From positions 1-62,354 of the forward strand of contig JBGQEL010000016.1 in assembly GCA_041496385.1 (NCBI GenBank): 62,354 bases of DNA. The letters run 5' to 3'. The notes under the pieces were generated by a model, which was not told the DNA's origin, did not search any database, and saw only the letters and a list, made by a program, of their open reading frames with translations. Made by a program: the position numbers and the translations under genes. Shown piece after piece: positions 8,891 through 19,070 of the stretch; the stretch's first letter is position 1, and each line of letters starts with the position of its first letter. This DNA is from Candidatus Methylomirabilia bacterium. GTDB lineage: Bacteria > Methylomirabilota > Methylomirabilia > Rokubacteriales > CSP1-6.

Positions 8891-9715
8891 ATGCACATCG
8901 ATCACACGCTCGTCCTGCACGGTCAGACCTTTCACTTCACCGAGTGGGGCGCCGCCACCGCGCCCGTGGTCGTCATGCTCCACGGCGTCACGGGCCACGC
9001 GCGAGCCTGGGACGACGAGGCGCGCGCGCTCGCCGGCCGCTACCGCGTCCTGGCACTCGACCAGCGCGGCCACGGCGACTCCGATCCGGCGCCCGACGGC
9101 GACTACACGGTCGGGACGATGGCGGACGACCTCGCGGCGTTCGCCGATGCGCTCGAGCTGGCGCGGTTCTCGATCGTCGCGCTGTCGATGGGCGGCCGCG
9201 TCGCGATCGCGTTCGCCGGGCGGCAGCCCAGGCGCGTGGACAGCCTGATGGTCGTCGACATCGGCCCCGACATCGCCGCCGCCGGTCGGGTCCGGGTCGG
9301 CCGGATGATGGCGTCCACGCCGGAGCTGTTCGCCAGCGTCGAGGCCGCGCTCGCGTTCGGCCGCGCGGCGAACCCGCGATATACCGAGGCGATGCTCCGC
9401 CACCGGATCCTCCACGGGACGCGGGCCGTCAACGGCGGGCTCATGTGGAAGTACGATCGCGAGATCCGCGAGGCCGTGCGCGCGGGCCGCTGGCGCGACG
9501 CGATCGATCTCTGGCCTCTCTGGCAGGCCATCGCCTGCCCGACGGTCGTCGTGCGCGGCGCCGACTCCGACATCCTCACGCCGGAGATCGCCAAGCGGAT
9601 GCTCGAGACGAACCCGCGCGCGCGGCTCGTCGAGGTGCCGGACGCCGGCCACACGGTGCCGGGGGACCAGCCGGAGGCCTTCCAGCGGCTGCTCGCTGAG
9701 TTCCTCGGCGTGTGA
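8891..9715 (+). CDS. Alpha/beta-fold hydrolase
   Basis: LHGVTG, LDQRGHGDS, ALSMGG nucleophile elbow, AGHTV motifs. Confidence 0.9.
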   Translation: MHIDHTLVLHGQTFHFTEWGAATAPVVVMLHGVTGHARAWDDEARALAGRYRVLALDQRGHGDSDPAPDGDYTVGTMADDLAAFADALELARFSIVALSMGGRVAIAFAGRQPRRVDSLMVVDIGPDIAAAGRVRVGRMMASTPELFASVEAALAFGRAANPRYTEAMLRHRILHGTRAVNGGLMWKYDREIREAVRAGRWRDAIDLWPLWQAIACPTVVVRGADSDILTPEIAKRMLETNPRARLVEVPDAGHTVPGDQPEAFQRLLAEFLGV

Positions 9716-10927
9716 GGGCGCAGCTCCGCCTGCTCTGGCTCGCCTCGTTCGCGTTCTTCGCGTCCTTCTTCCTGCTGCTCGGGGCCCTGCCCCTCTACCC
9801 GCGAAACGCGGGCATCTCGGACCGCTCCATCGGGGCCGTGCTCGGCTCGTTCGCGCTCGTGTCCATGGTCGTCCGGCCGTGGGCGGGCTGGGCCTCCGAT
9901 CGCTACGGGCGACGGCCGCTCATGCTGGCGGGCGCCGCCGTCTTCACCCTGGCGCCGGCGGCCTACGTCTCGACGGTCGGACTCGGGGGGGATCCTCGCC
10001 GTGCGCCTGCTCCACGGCGCGGGCATGGGGCTCTACCCGACCGCGGCGAGCGCCGTCGTCGCCGACCTGGCGCCCCCCGAGCGGCGCGGCGCAGTGATGG
10101 GCAACTTCGCCGTGGCGGCCAACCTCGCAATGGCGCTGGCGCCGCTCGCGGGCCTGGCCGTCGTCGACCGCGTGGGCTTCGCGCCGCTCTTCTGGCTCGC
10201 GGCGGGCGTCGCGCTCGTCGGCCTGGCGCTCACGCAACGGGTGCCCGAGACCGTGCCGGGCCGCGCGCGTATTCCGTTCGCGCCGGGCTCGCTGCTGAGC
10301 GCGGCGGCCCTCTTCCCGGCCTCGCTCGTCTTCCTCCTGATGATGGGCTACGGCGCGCTCGTGAAGTTCCTGCCGATCCACGCGCGCGAGCAGGAGGTGA
10401 ACGCGGGACTCTTCTTCCTCGTCTTCGCGCTCGTGACCACCGTCGTGCGCGGCGCGGCGGGGCGCGTCACCGACCGGTTCGGGCGCGTGCCGGTCGCCTT
10501 CGTGGGCCTCCTGCTCGCGGGTGCCGGGCTCGCGGTCGTGGCGCTGGCGCGCGGGGCCCCGAGTCTCATCGGCGCGGGCGCGCTCTTCGGCCTCGGCGCC
10601 GCCACCGCGAGCACCGCGCTCATGGCCTGGACCGCGGACGTCGTGGACGTCGCGAGCCGCGGACGCGCGATGGGTACGTACTACACCGCGCTCGAGCTGG
10701 GGATCGGCCTCGGCGCGCTCCTCGCCGGCGTCGGCGTGGAGGCGCTGGGCTTCGCCCCGACGTTCCTGGCCTTCGCGGCGGCGCCTATTCTGCCTTCACC
10801 AGGGAGTGGGCGCGGCGGTTCTGCGCCCAGCAGGCGGCTTCAGGACGTTCATGCGACGTCTCCGTGCCGGTCGCGCGCGATCGGCGCCGTCTCGACGGGC
10901 GGCCCCCCGGTAACCGGAATGCTGTAG
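9712..10927 (+). pseudogene. MFS transporter, frameshifted at a G7 run (9985-9991), with an abnormal C-terminus
   Basis: The first frame has GWASDRYGRR. After the G-run the MFS sequence (ILAVRLLHGAGMG, DLAPPERRG, GRVTDRFGR) continues in another frame. Removing one G restores LGGILAVRLL. Confidence 0.8.
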
Positions 10928-11661
10928 GGAATGACGAAGAGCCAGCGCACCCACGTGTCGTCGCGCCGGGCCAGCGGCCAGGCGAGCGCGCGCGTGAGGT
11001 CGGCCAGCGTGAGCCGGATCCACGGCTTCCAGACGTCGAACTGATCACCGGGAACCACACGCATCAGCATCCAGACGAGACGCCCCGACGGCGTCAGGTC
11101 GGCCATCGCGGGGCGCTCGCCGCGTGCGACAGGCGCGAGCACGCGGTCGACGATCCAGCGGTGCGTTCTGAGGATGAGCCGGCGACGCGTGCGTGGCTCG
11201 GCGCCGAGCCAGCAGCCGGACATGTCGCGATACCATGAGAGCAGGGTCGGCGGGATGACGACCTCGGCGGGGGGCGCGCCGTTCGGCCGCGGTTCGGGCG
11301 GCGACTCGAGCTCGATGGCCCGGTCGAAGATGCGGATGGCGACGATGTCCCTGAGCTGGGCGAGCCGCGGCGCGTCGCCCAAATAGCGGCGCCGCCACCC
11401 GGTGATGACACCGGCGATGTCGTCGAGCGTGCCCCACTGGAGCACCGTCGCCTCGCCCTCCACGCCTGCCGCGCGGAGGTCGGCGATCACCGCCCGCGCG
11501 GCGCGGCGTGTCTGGTGGTACCAGCGGCCGCGCTCCGCCATGATCGGCAGGAGCGTCTGGCGCAGCAGCAGCGCCAGCGTCCCGTCCGGACCCTCCCACA
11601 CCGCCACGACGTCCGGGTGTCGCCGACAGACCTCCAGCAGGCGGTCGGGCGGCTCTGACAT
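10849..11661 (-). CDS. Hypothetical protein (Arg/Trp-rich)
   Basis: AAGGAGG SD before ATG 11661 and a 270-aa ORF directly downstream of degP. I recognise no family. Confidence 0.65.
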   Translation of the reverse strand: MSEPPDRLLEVCRRHPDVVAVWEGPDGTLALLLRQTLLPIMAERGRWYHQTRRAARAVIADLRAAGVEGEATVLQWGTLDDIAGVITGWRRRYLGDAPRLAQLRDIVAIRIFDRAIELESPPEPRPNGAPPAEVVIPPTLLSWYRDMSGCWLGAEPRTRRRLILRTHRWIVDRVLAPVARGERPAMADLTPSGRLVWMLMRVVPGDQFDVWKPWIRLTLADLTRALAWPLARRDDTWVRWLFVIPYSIPVTGGPPVETAPIARDRHGDVA

Positions 11662-11687
11662 AGGCGTCCTCCTTCGGGTGGTTCCGT

Positions 11688-13121
11688 TCACCCCTCCAGC
11701 GCGACGTAGAGTTCACCGTTCCCACGGTGGACGAAGAGCAGCAACGGCGCGCCGGCCTGCCGCTGCGTGAGCATCCGCTGCAGGTCGTTCACCGTCTTGA
11801 CGGGCCGCCGGTCCACCTCGGCGATCACGTCGCCCGAGCGGAGCCCGGCGCTCGCCGCGGGGCTCCCGTCCTCGATCCCGCGCACGAGCACGCCCTCGCG
11901 CACCGGCAGGCCGAGCTCCTGCGCGAGGTTCGGGGTCACCGTCTGGAGCGTCAGGCCGAGCTTGGGCTTGCCCGACGCCTCCGCCGGCCGCTCTTCGGGC
12001 GCGGCGAGCTTCGCGATCGTCGCGTGGAGCGCGATCGGCCTGCCGTCGCGCACGACCGTGAGCGGAACCTCGCGCCCGATCGGCGTCTCCGCCACCGCGC
12101 GCGGCAGATCGTCGGAGCGCACGACCTGGCGGCCGTCGTACTCCGTGATCACGTCACCGGCCTTGACGCCGGCGCGCGCCGCGGGCGCCCCCTCCGCCAC
12201 GGAGGCGACGAGCGCGCCGCGCGCCTCGGCGAGCTTGAAGCCCTTCGCGAGATCCGGCGTCACCCGCTGCACCGACACGCCGAGATAGCCGCGGACGACG
12301 TGGCCAGAGTCGGCGAGCTGCGTCAGGACGGGCTTGGCCAGGTTGATCGGGATCGCGAAGCCGATCCCGACCGAGCCGCCGGTCTGCGTGAAGATGGCGG
12401 CGTTGATCCCGACGGCCTGCCCCTGCGCGTTGATGAGCGGCCCGCCACTGTTGCCCGGGTTGATCGCCGCGTCCGTCTGGATGAAGTCGTCGTAGGGCCC
12501 CTCGCCGATCACGCGGCCCGTGGCGCTGACGATGCCGGTCGTCACGGTCTGCTCGAGGCCGAAGGGGTTGCCGATGGCCATCACCGCCTCGCCCACCTGG
12601 AGTCGCGCGGAGTCGCCGAGCGGGACGACGGGGAGCCCGCGCGCCTCGATCTTGAGGAGCGCCAGGTCCGTCCGCGCGTCGCGGCCGAGGACCTTCGCCG
12701 TGAACTCGCGCCCGTCCGAGAGGGTGGTCCTGATCTCCCTGGCGCCGTCCACGACGTGGTTGTTGGTGACGATGTAGCCGTCGGGGTTGATCACGAAGCC
12801 GGAGCCGAGGCTCCGCACCATCCGGCGGGGCTGGCTGCCGTAGAAGTGCTTGAAGAAGTCGTTGAACGGGCCGTCGCCGTTGAACGGCGCCTCGACGCCC
12901 TCCTGCACGCGTTTGGTGCTGATGTTGACCACGGCCGGCTTCAGCGTCCGCGCCAGCTCGACCCAGGGCGCCGCCGGCGCCGCCTGGCCGGCCGACACCG
13001 CCGGCCGGTCCGTCCAGAGCGGCGCCCCGGCCTTGCCGAACCCGAGGCGCGGTATGAGCACGACGAGCGCGAGCGCGACGACGAGCGCCGCGGCCCCTCC
13101 CACGATCCGGAGCTTCCTCAT
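11688..13121 (-). CDS. degP: DegP/DegQ (HtrA) serine protease with two PDZ domains
   Basis: SLGSGFV, TNNHVV, TDLALLK, QTDAAINPGNSGGPL motifs and a hydrophobic N-terminal segment. Confidence 0.93.
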   Translation of the reverse strand: MRKLRIVGGAAALVVALALVVLIPRLGFGKAGAPLWTDRPAVSAGQAAPAAPWVELARTLKPAVVNISTKRVQEGVEAPFNGDGPFNDFFKHFYGSQPRRMVRSLGSGFVINPDGYIVTNNHVVDGAREIRTTLSDGREFTAKVLGRDARTDLALLKIEARGLPVVPLGDSARLQVGEAVMAIGNPFGLEQTVTTGIVSATGRVIGEGPYDDFIQTDAAINPGNSGGPLINAQGQAVGINAAIFTQTGGSVGIGFAIPINLAKPVLTQLADSGHVVRGYLGVSVQRVTPDLAKGFKLAEARGALVASVAEGAPAARAGVKAGDVITEYDGRQVVRSDDLPRAVAETPIGREVPLTVVRDGRPIALHATIAKLAAPEERPAEASGKPKLGLTLQTVTPNLAQELGLPVREGVLVRGIEDGSPAASAGLRSGDVIAEVDRRPVKTVNDLQRMLTQRQAGAPLLLFVHRGNGELYVALEG

Positions 13122-13843
13122 GGCGTTTCCCCTTCCTGCAGTTGGAGTTTGACGACTTCGGCCAGCGGACCGCTCTCGGCGAGCCGCTCGGCCATTCGGA
13201 GTTCATCGGTCATGGCACGCCGCTCGCCCGTGCGCCGGAGCGCCGCGGCGAGAAGCAGCCGGATCTCGGCGGAACGCGGCTGGAGCCGCGCCGCCTCGCG
13301 CAGCCGCTCCACGGCGACCGCGTCGCGGCGCTGGTCGAGCAGCGCGCCGGCGAGATGGACGCGGTATTGCGGCTCGTCGGGAGCCAGGCGCGCCGCGGTC
13401 TCCAGCTCGGCGATCGCCTCACGCGCGCGGCCCGTCTCGCGCAGGGCCTCGCCGAGCGCGTCGTGCGTCAGCGGGTCCTGGGGCGCGAGCCGGACGGCGT
13501 CTTCGAGCTGGCGCGCGGCGCCGGTACCGGCGCCGAGCCGCGCGTAGGCGACGCCGAGGTAATAGTGGGCGCGCGCATCGTCGGGTCGCGCGGCCACGGC
13601 GCCGAGCAACGCCCGTACGGCCGAGGGGTAGTCACCCTCGTCGACGAGCCGCGCGCCCTCGTGCGCCGCCGCGCGGGCGCGTGCTTCGGGGATCGAGCGG
13701 ACAAGAAAGACGACGCCGGCCACGGCCGCGAGCGAGCAGAGCAGCAGCAGGCCCGCCGTGAGCCCCACGCGCTCCCGGGCCGCCCGCGGGAGCGCGGCCC
13801 ACCCGGCGCCGGGGTCGATCATCCGTCGCTCACGCGCAGCCAT
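13118..13843 (-). CDS. Membrane-anchored TPR-repeat protein
   Basis: N-terminal hydrophobic helix followed by repeated AHYYLGVAY / HDALGEAL / A.RL.P TPR units. Confidence 0.8.
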   Translation of the reverse strand: MAARERRMIDPGAGWAALPRAARERVGLTAGLLLLCSLAAVAGVVFLVRSIPEARARAAAHEGARLVDEGDYPSAVRALLGAVAARPDDARAHYYLGVAYARLGAGTGAARQLEDAVRLAPQDPLTHDALGEALRETGRAREAIAELETAARLAPDEPQYRVHLAGALLDQRRDAVAVERLREAARLQPRSAEIRLLLAAALRRTGERRAMTDELRMAERLAESGPLAEVVKLQLQEGETP

Positions 13844-13867
13844 CGCTCATCCCGCCCTCCTGCACCG

Positions 13868-13920
13868 ATCGTAGCGGCCGGAGATGAAGGACGCGTGAGC
13901 CTGGGATGAGAAGTTTCTCA
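13868..13920 (-). promoter_or_regulatory. Putative OmpR-family binding repeats plus -10 upstream of the TPR-degP unit
   Basis: On the minus strand, CTCAT/CTCAC/TTCAT at exact 11-bp spacing (13910, 13899, 13888), then TACGAT (13873-13868), then AGGAGG. Confidence 0.55.
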
Positions 13921-15320
13921 GGCGAACGGGAGCCGGATCGTGAACGTGCTGCCGGCGCCCGGAGTGCTCTCGGCCTCGATCGTGCCGCCGTGCGCCTGCA
14001 CGATGGACCGGGCGATCGCGAGGCCGAGCCCGGCCCCCCCGGTGTCGCTCGCGCGCGCCGCGTCGAGGCGGACGAAGGGCTCGAAGATCCGCTCGAGATC
14101 GGCCGGCGCCATGCCGCTTCCGGTGTCGCGCACCGCCACGACGGCCCAGCCGGCCTCGCGCCGGAGGACGAGCTCCACCTTGCCGCCGCGCGGCGTGTAG
14201 CTCACCGCGTTCTCGACGAGCCGCATGACGGCCCTCCGGAGCGCGAGGGCGTCGCCGGAGACGCTGACGGGGACGCTCTCGACGAGCCGGACGGTGACGC
14301 CGCGCTCCTGGCCGACGCGCGCGGCGACGTCGAGCACCTCGCCCAGAAGCGCCTCGATCTCGACGGGCGCCCGCGTGAGCCGCGCGCCCCCCGTCGCGGC
14401 CGAGAGGAGCAGGAGGTCCTCCGCGAGGCGCACCAGGCGCCCCACGTCCTCGAGGCTCGACTGGAGGACGCGGCGATACTCCCCACCCGACCGCTCGGCG
14501 CGGAGCGCGACCTCGATGCCGCCGCGGAGCGCCGTGAGCGGCGTGCGCAGCTCGTGCGCCGCATCGGCGGTGAAGCGGCGCATCTGGGCGAACGCCTCGC
14601 CCAGCCGGTCGAGCATCGCGTTGAGTGTCTCCGCCAGGCGGTCGAGCTCGTCGCCGGTGCCGCGGATGGGAATGCGCTCGTGGAGCTCCTCGCCCGTGAT
14701 CCGGCGCGCCGCGCTCGACATCGTGTCCACCGGTCCGAGCGCGCCGCGCGCGATGACCGCGCCGCCCGCCGCGGCCAGCACGAGCCCGAGCGGCACGACC
14801 ACGAGCAGCGTGTCTAGATAGCGCCTGAGCGCGCGCTCGACGCGCTCGAGCGGGATCCCGACCTGCACGAGCTGGACGAGCCGGCCGCCGCGCCGGATCG
14901 GCAGCGTCAGGAGCCGGGCGGGCTCGCCGCGCGCCAGGCGCACCGTCTCGAAGGTCCCCGCGCCCCGTGCGGCGTTCGCGCGCGCGCGGGGCGAGAGGGG
15001 CAGCGCACCGTGGAGACGCGTCGAGCGGGCGCCCGGCCGCCCCTCCGGGTCCACCAGCTGGAAGAACTTGTCGTAGAACTCGGGGCCCAGGAGCTCGCGC
15101 AGGAGCGACTCCGGCCCGGCGTCGACGGCGGCACCGGGCCCCGGATCGCCGGTGTCGCCGATCACCTGGGCGACGGCGAGCAGCGAGTCGTCGAGGTCCT
15201 GGATGAGGCTCCAGCGGAGCAGCGAGTAGGAGAGGCCGCTGATCACGAGGAGGATCGCCATCAGGACGGCCGTGTACCAGAGGGTCAGCCGCACGCGCAC
15301 CGAGAGGGGGCGCGGCCACA

Positions 15321-15324
<4 letters not shown>
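13918..15324 (-). CDS. Sensor histidine kinase (HAMP-HisKA-HATPase, CusS/MprB-like)
   Basis: RLTLWY TM1, second TM, HAMP (DELDRLAETLNAML), ADAAHELRTPL, ENA, DTGSG, GAGLGLAI motifs. Confidence 0.93.
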
Positions 15325-15998
<674 letters not shown>

Positions 15999-16044
15999 CT
16001 ATGCCCGCGCAACAGGGAGCCGCCGGAACCTCTGGGGCAGGGAC

Positions 16045-16120
16045 CGCGCTCGGGGGCGGGGGTAGGTTCGCGGCGAGTGTCTCTCCGAGCCCAGCGGACC
16101 TACCCCCGCCCGCGAGCGCG
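16045..16120. repeat. 27-bp imperfect inverted repeat with GTAG/CTAC core (REP-like or strong hairpin)
   Basis: CGCGCTCGGGGGCGGGGGTAGGTTCGC (16045-16071) and GCGGACCTACCCCCGCCCGCGAGCGCG (16094-16120) are 25/27 complementary with a 22-nt spacer. Confidence 0.75.
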
Positions 16121-16121
16121 C

Positions 16122-16739
16122 CTACCGGTCGCGGAGCTTCCGCGCGGCTTCCGCGCGCATGGTTTGCATGGCGCGCGTCTCCTGGTCGGAGTACCGCTCG
16201 TCCTTCCAGGGGTCCGCGTGCATGTGGTAGCCGTTCTGTTCCCAGAAGCCCGGCGGGTTGACGTCGAGGAACTCGAAGGCGCGGAGCCACTTCGCGCTCT
16301 TCCAGAAGTAGAGCTTGGGGACGACGAGCCGCATGGGCCCGCCGTGGTCGGGCTCGAGGTCGCGGCCGTTGTGCTTGAGGGCGAGGACGACGTCGTCCTG
16401 CACGAGATCCTCGAGCGCGATGTTGGTCGTGTAGTCGGGATCCGCGTGCTGGAGGACGAACGTCGCCTCGGGCCGCGGTCGCACGCGCTCGACGATCTCA
16501 CGGATCGGCACGCCCTCCCAGGCGTTGTCGAGCTTCGACCAGCGCGTCACGCAGTGGATGTCCGAGGTGAGCGTGACGCGCGGCAACCGCTGGAACTCCT
16601 CCCACGTCCAGCTCGTCTCGCGCTCCACGGAACCGAAGCACCGGAAGGTCCAGGTCTTGGGATCGAAGCGGGGCGTGCGGCCGTACGTGAGGACCGGCCA
16701 CTTCTGCGTCAGGGTCTGGCCCGGCGGCACCCTATCCAT
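16122..16739 (-). CDS. Sulfite oxidase-like molybdopterin oxidoreductase
   Basis: RVPPGQ...[41 protein letters not shown] motifs. GGAGGAGG SD. Confidence 0.92.
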   Translation of the reverse strand: MDRVPPGQTLTQKWPVLTYGRTPRFDPKTWTFRCFGSVERETSWTWEEFQRLPRVTLTSDIHCVTRWSKLDNAWEGVPIREIVERVRPRPEATFVLQHADPDYTTNIALEDLVQDDVVLALKHNGRDLEPDHGGPMRLVVPKLYFWKSAKWLRAFEFLDVNPPGFWEQNGYHMHADPWKDERYSDQETRAMQTMRAEAARKLRDR

Positions 16740-16869
16740 GCGCCTCCTCCATCGCCGCCCACTATACACCCGCCGCCAGAAGCTTCTCGCTGGTCCGCGG
16801 GGGGCGACACTATAATAGTTGTCGACACGAGGGGCGCCCGGAACGGTTCGGCGGACGAAAGGACACGGG

Positions 16870-17637
16870 ATGAACGGAGAACGGAAGCTGGCGCTGTTCA
16901 TCGACTTCGAGAACATCGCCCGGGGCGTCAAGGAGGCCCAGTACAAGGCGTTCGAGATCAAGCTGGTGCTCGAGCGCCTGCTCGAAAAGGGCAAGATCAT
17001 CGTCCGCCGGGCGTACGCGGACTGGAACCGCTTCACCGAGTACAAGCGCCCCTTCCACGAGTGGGCGATCGAGCTGATCGACGTGCCACAGAGCCGTTAC
17101 AGCGGCAAGAACTCGGCGGACATCCGGATGGTCGTGGACGCCCTCGACCTCGCCTACGGAAAGACCCACATCGACAGCTTCGCCCTCGTGTCCGGCGACT
17201 CCGACTTCTCGCCGCTCGTGTCCAAGCTGCGCGAGAACGATCGCTACGTCATCGGCCTCGGGGTGAAGTCCTCGTCCTCGGACCTGCTCGTCGCCAATTG
17301 CGACGAGTTCATCTTCTACGAGGATCTCATCCGCGACACGAAGAAGACGACCCTCCTGCGCGGGCTGCCGGAGAAGAAGGCCGAGGCGATGGCGCAGCTC
17401 ATCGACGCGATCCAGGCGCTCCAGCGCGAGAACAAGGAGACACTCTGGGGCTCGATGGTGAAGCAGACGATGATCCGGAAGAATCCAGCCTTCAACGAGT
17501 CGTACTACGGCTTCTCGACCTTCTCCAAGCTGCTGGAGGAGGCCGCCAAGCAGAAGATCGTCGAGCTCGAGCGCGACGAGAAGAGCGGCACGTACGTGAT
17601 CACCGCCCTCACCGAGGAGGGCGGCCGCGCCGCCTGA
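16870..17637 (+). CDS. NYN (LabA-like) domain protein with C-terminal OST-HTH/LOTUS domain
   Basis: [43 protein letters not shown] motifs. Confidence 0.92.
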   Translation: MNGERKLALFIDFENIARGVKEAQYKAFEIKLVLERLLEKGKIIVRRAYADWNRFTEYKRPFHEWAIELIDVPQSRYSGKNSADIRMVVDALDLAYGKTHIDSFALVSGDSDFSPLVSKLRENDRYVIGLGVKSSSSDLLVANCDEFIFYEDLIRDTKKTTLLRGLPEKKAEAMAQLIDAIQALQRENKETLWGSMVKQTMIRKNPAFNESYYGFSTFSKLLEEAAKQKIVELERDEKSGTYVITALTEEGGRAA

Positions 17638-17667
17638 CCCCGGGCCCGCGCCCGGAGTCGCGCCGCC

Positions 17668-18117
17668 TCAGGGCACGATCAGCCGGTCGATCGAGCACGC
17701 GCCCGCGCCGCCGACGGCGATGGCGAGCGCCATCGCGATCAGCGCCAGGTTGAACTCGTAGCCGTGCCCCTTGCCCGGCGTCATCATCCAGTTGAGGAAG
17801 AAGCCCTGGCTCGCGTGGACCTTGGCGATCGCGACGAGCATGACGACGATGAGCCCGAGCGCGGCCGGCCGCGCGAGGAAGCCCACGAGGATCGCCAGGC
17901 CCCCGAAGCACTCCATCAGGGCCGCGGCGACGGTCGCCGCCCGCGGGATCCCCATCTGGCGGAAGCCGGCGATCGTTCCCGCGAGACCGCCGCCGCCGAA
18001 GCAGCCGAACACCTTCTGGGCCCCGTGGGCGAAGAACACCACCCCGAGCCCCAGACGAACGATCAGGAGCGACCAGGACGGATAGGTCCCGAAGAGCATG
18101 CCCACGAAGTCGTTCAT
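17668..18117 (-). CDS. DoxX-family membrane protein
   Basis: RLGLGVVFFAHGAQK, GYEFNL, GAGACSID motifs. GAGGAGG SD. Confidence 0.9.
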   Translation of the reverse strand: MNDFVGMLFGTYPSWSLLIVRLGLGVVFFAHGAQKVFGCFGGGGLAGTIAGFRQMGIPRAATVAAALMECFGGLAILVGFLARPAALGLIVVMLVAIAKVHASQGFFLNWMMTPGKGHGYEFNLALIAMALAIAVGGAGACSIDRLIVP

Positions 18118-18168
18118 GTCCCCTCCTCGCCCGTTGCGACGCCCCGTACGCCGTCGTATTCTCGCCCC

Positions 18169-18792
18169 GTGAACCCGACGACGCCGCGCCGGGCCCGCTG
18201 GTCGCCGCGAGTGTACTACATCGTCGCGCTCACGATCGGGTGCCTGTGCGGGGCCGGCCGGGCGGCCGCGCAGGTCGAGCTGACCGCCGCGCCGGGAATG
18301 GTGAAAGGGGCCGCCGACGCGCCCGTCACGATCGTCGAGTTCGCCGACTATCAGTGCCCCGCCTGCCGCAGTCTGCAGCAAACGCTCTCGCAGGTCCTGA
18401 AGGAGTACGACGGCCGCGTGCGGCTCGTCTTCAAGGACCGGCCGCTCCGGAGCCACGCGCTCGCGCGCCCCGCCCATGAAGCCGCGCGGTGCGCCGGCGC
18501 CGAGGGCAAGTACTGGGCCTACCACGACCTGCTCTTCGAGGAGCAGCCGGCGCTCGAGCGGGCCGACCTGCTCCTCTACGCGGCGGACGTGGGCCTCGAC
18601 CGGGAGGAGTTCGCGCGCTGCCTCGACGGGCGGCGCTACGCGGCCGAGGTGGACGCGGACGTCCAGCAGGCGGTCGCGCTCGGGGTCAACGCCACGCCGA
18701 CGCTGCTCGTCGGCCGGCGCACGATCATCGGGGTGCCGACGCTCGAGGAGCTGCGGTCCGCGATCGACGAAGCCTTGAAGGGCCGCCCCTGA
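18169..18792 (+). CDS. DsbA-family thiol-disulfide oxidoreductase
   Basis: GAADAPVTIVEFADYQCPAC, GVNATPT cis-Pro loop and an N-terminal signal-like segment. The start is inferred. Confidence 0.85.
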   Translation: MNPTTPRRARWSPRVYYIVALTIGCLCGAGRAAAQVELTAAPGMVKGAADAPVTIVEFADYQCPACRSLQQTLSQVLKEYDGRVRLVFKDRPLRSHALARPAHEAARCAGAEGKYWAYHDLLFEEQPALERADLLLYAADVGLDREEFARCLDGRRYAAEVDADVQQAVALGVNATPTLLVGRRTIIGVPTLEELRSAIDEALKGRP

Positions 18793-19070
18793 TGCCGTTC
18801 GTCAGGATCGCCGAGGCGGCGGACATCCCGCCGGGCAAGGGTGCCCTGATCGAGCGCGAGGCCGCGACCCTCGCCGTCTTCAACGCGGGGGGCGGGCGCT
18901 TCTACGCCGTGGCTCCGCTCTGCCCGCACGAGGACGGGCCGCTCACGGAGGGCTGGCACGGCTTCACCTTCGACCTCACGACCGGGGCGTGCCTGGTGGA
19001 CGACCGCCTGGCGATCGCCGCGTACTCCGTGCGCGTCGTGGATGGCGCGCTGGAGGTCGAACTGCCGTGA
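18792..19070 (+). CDS. Rieske-type ferredoxin lacking the second cluster Cys (internal deletion, possibly non-functional)
   Basis: CPHEDGPLTEG is followed directly by WHGFTFDLTTG. The usual ~10-residue linker ending in CP is missing. Confidence 0.75.
   Translation: MPFVRIAEAADIPPGKGALIEREAATLAVFNAGGGRFYAVAPLCPHEDGPLTEGWHGFTFDLTTGACLVDDRLAIAAYSVRVVDGALEVELP

Noticed and set aside
16870..17637. NYN-LOTUS protein as a defence or toxin nuclease
   Set aside because: This is a widespread LabA-like architecture with no defence-island context here.
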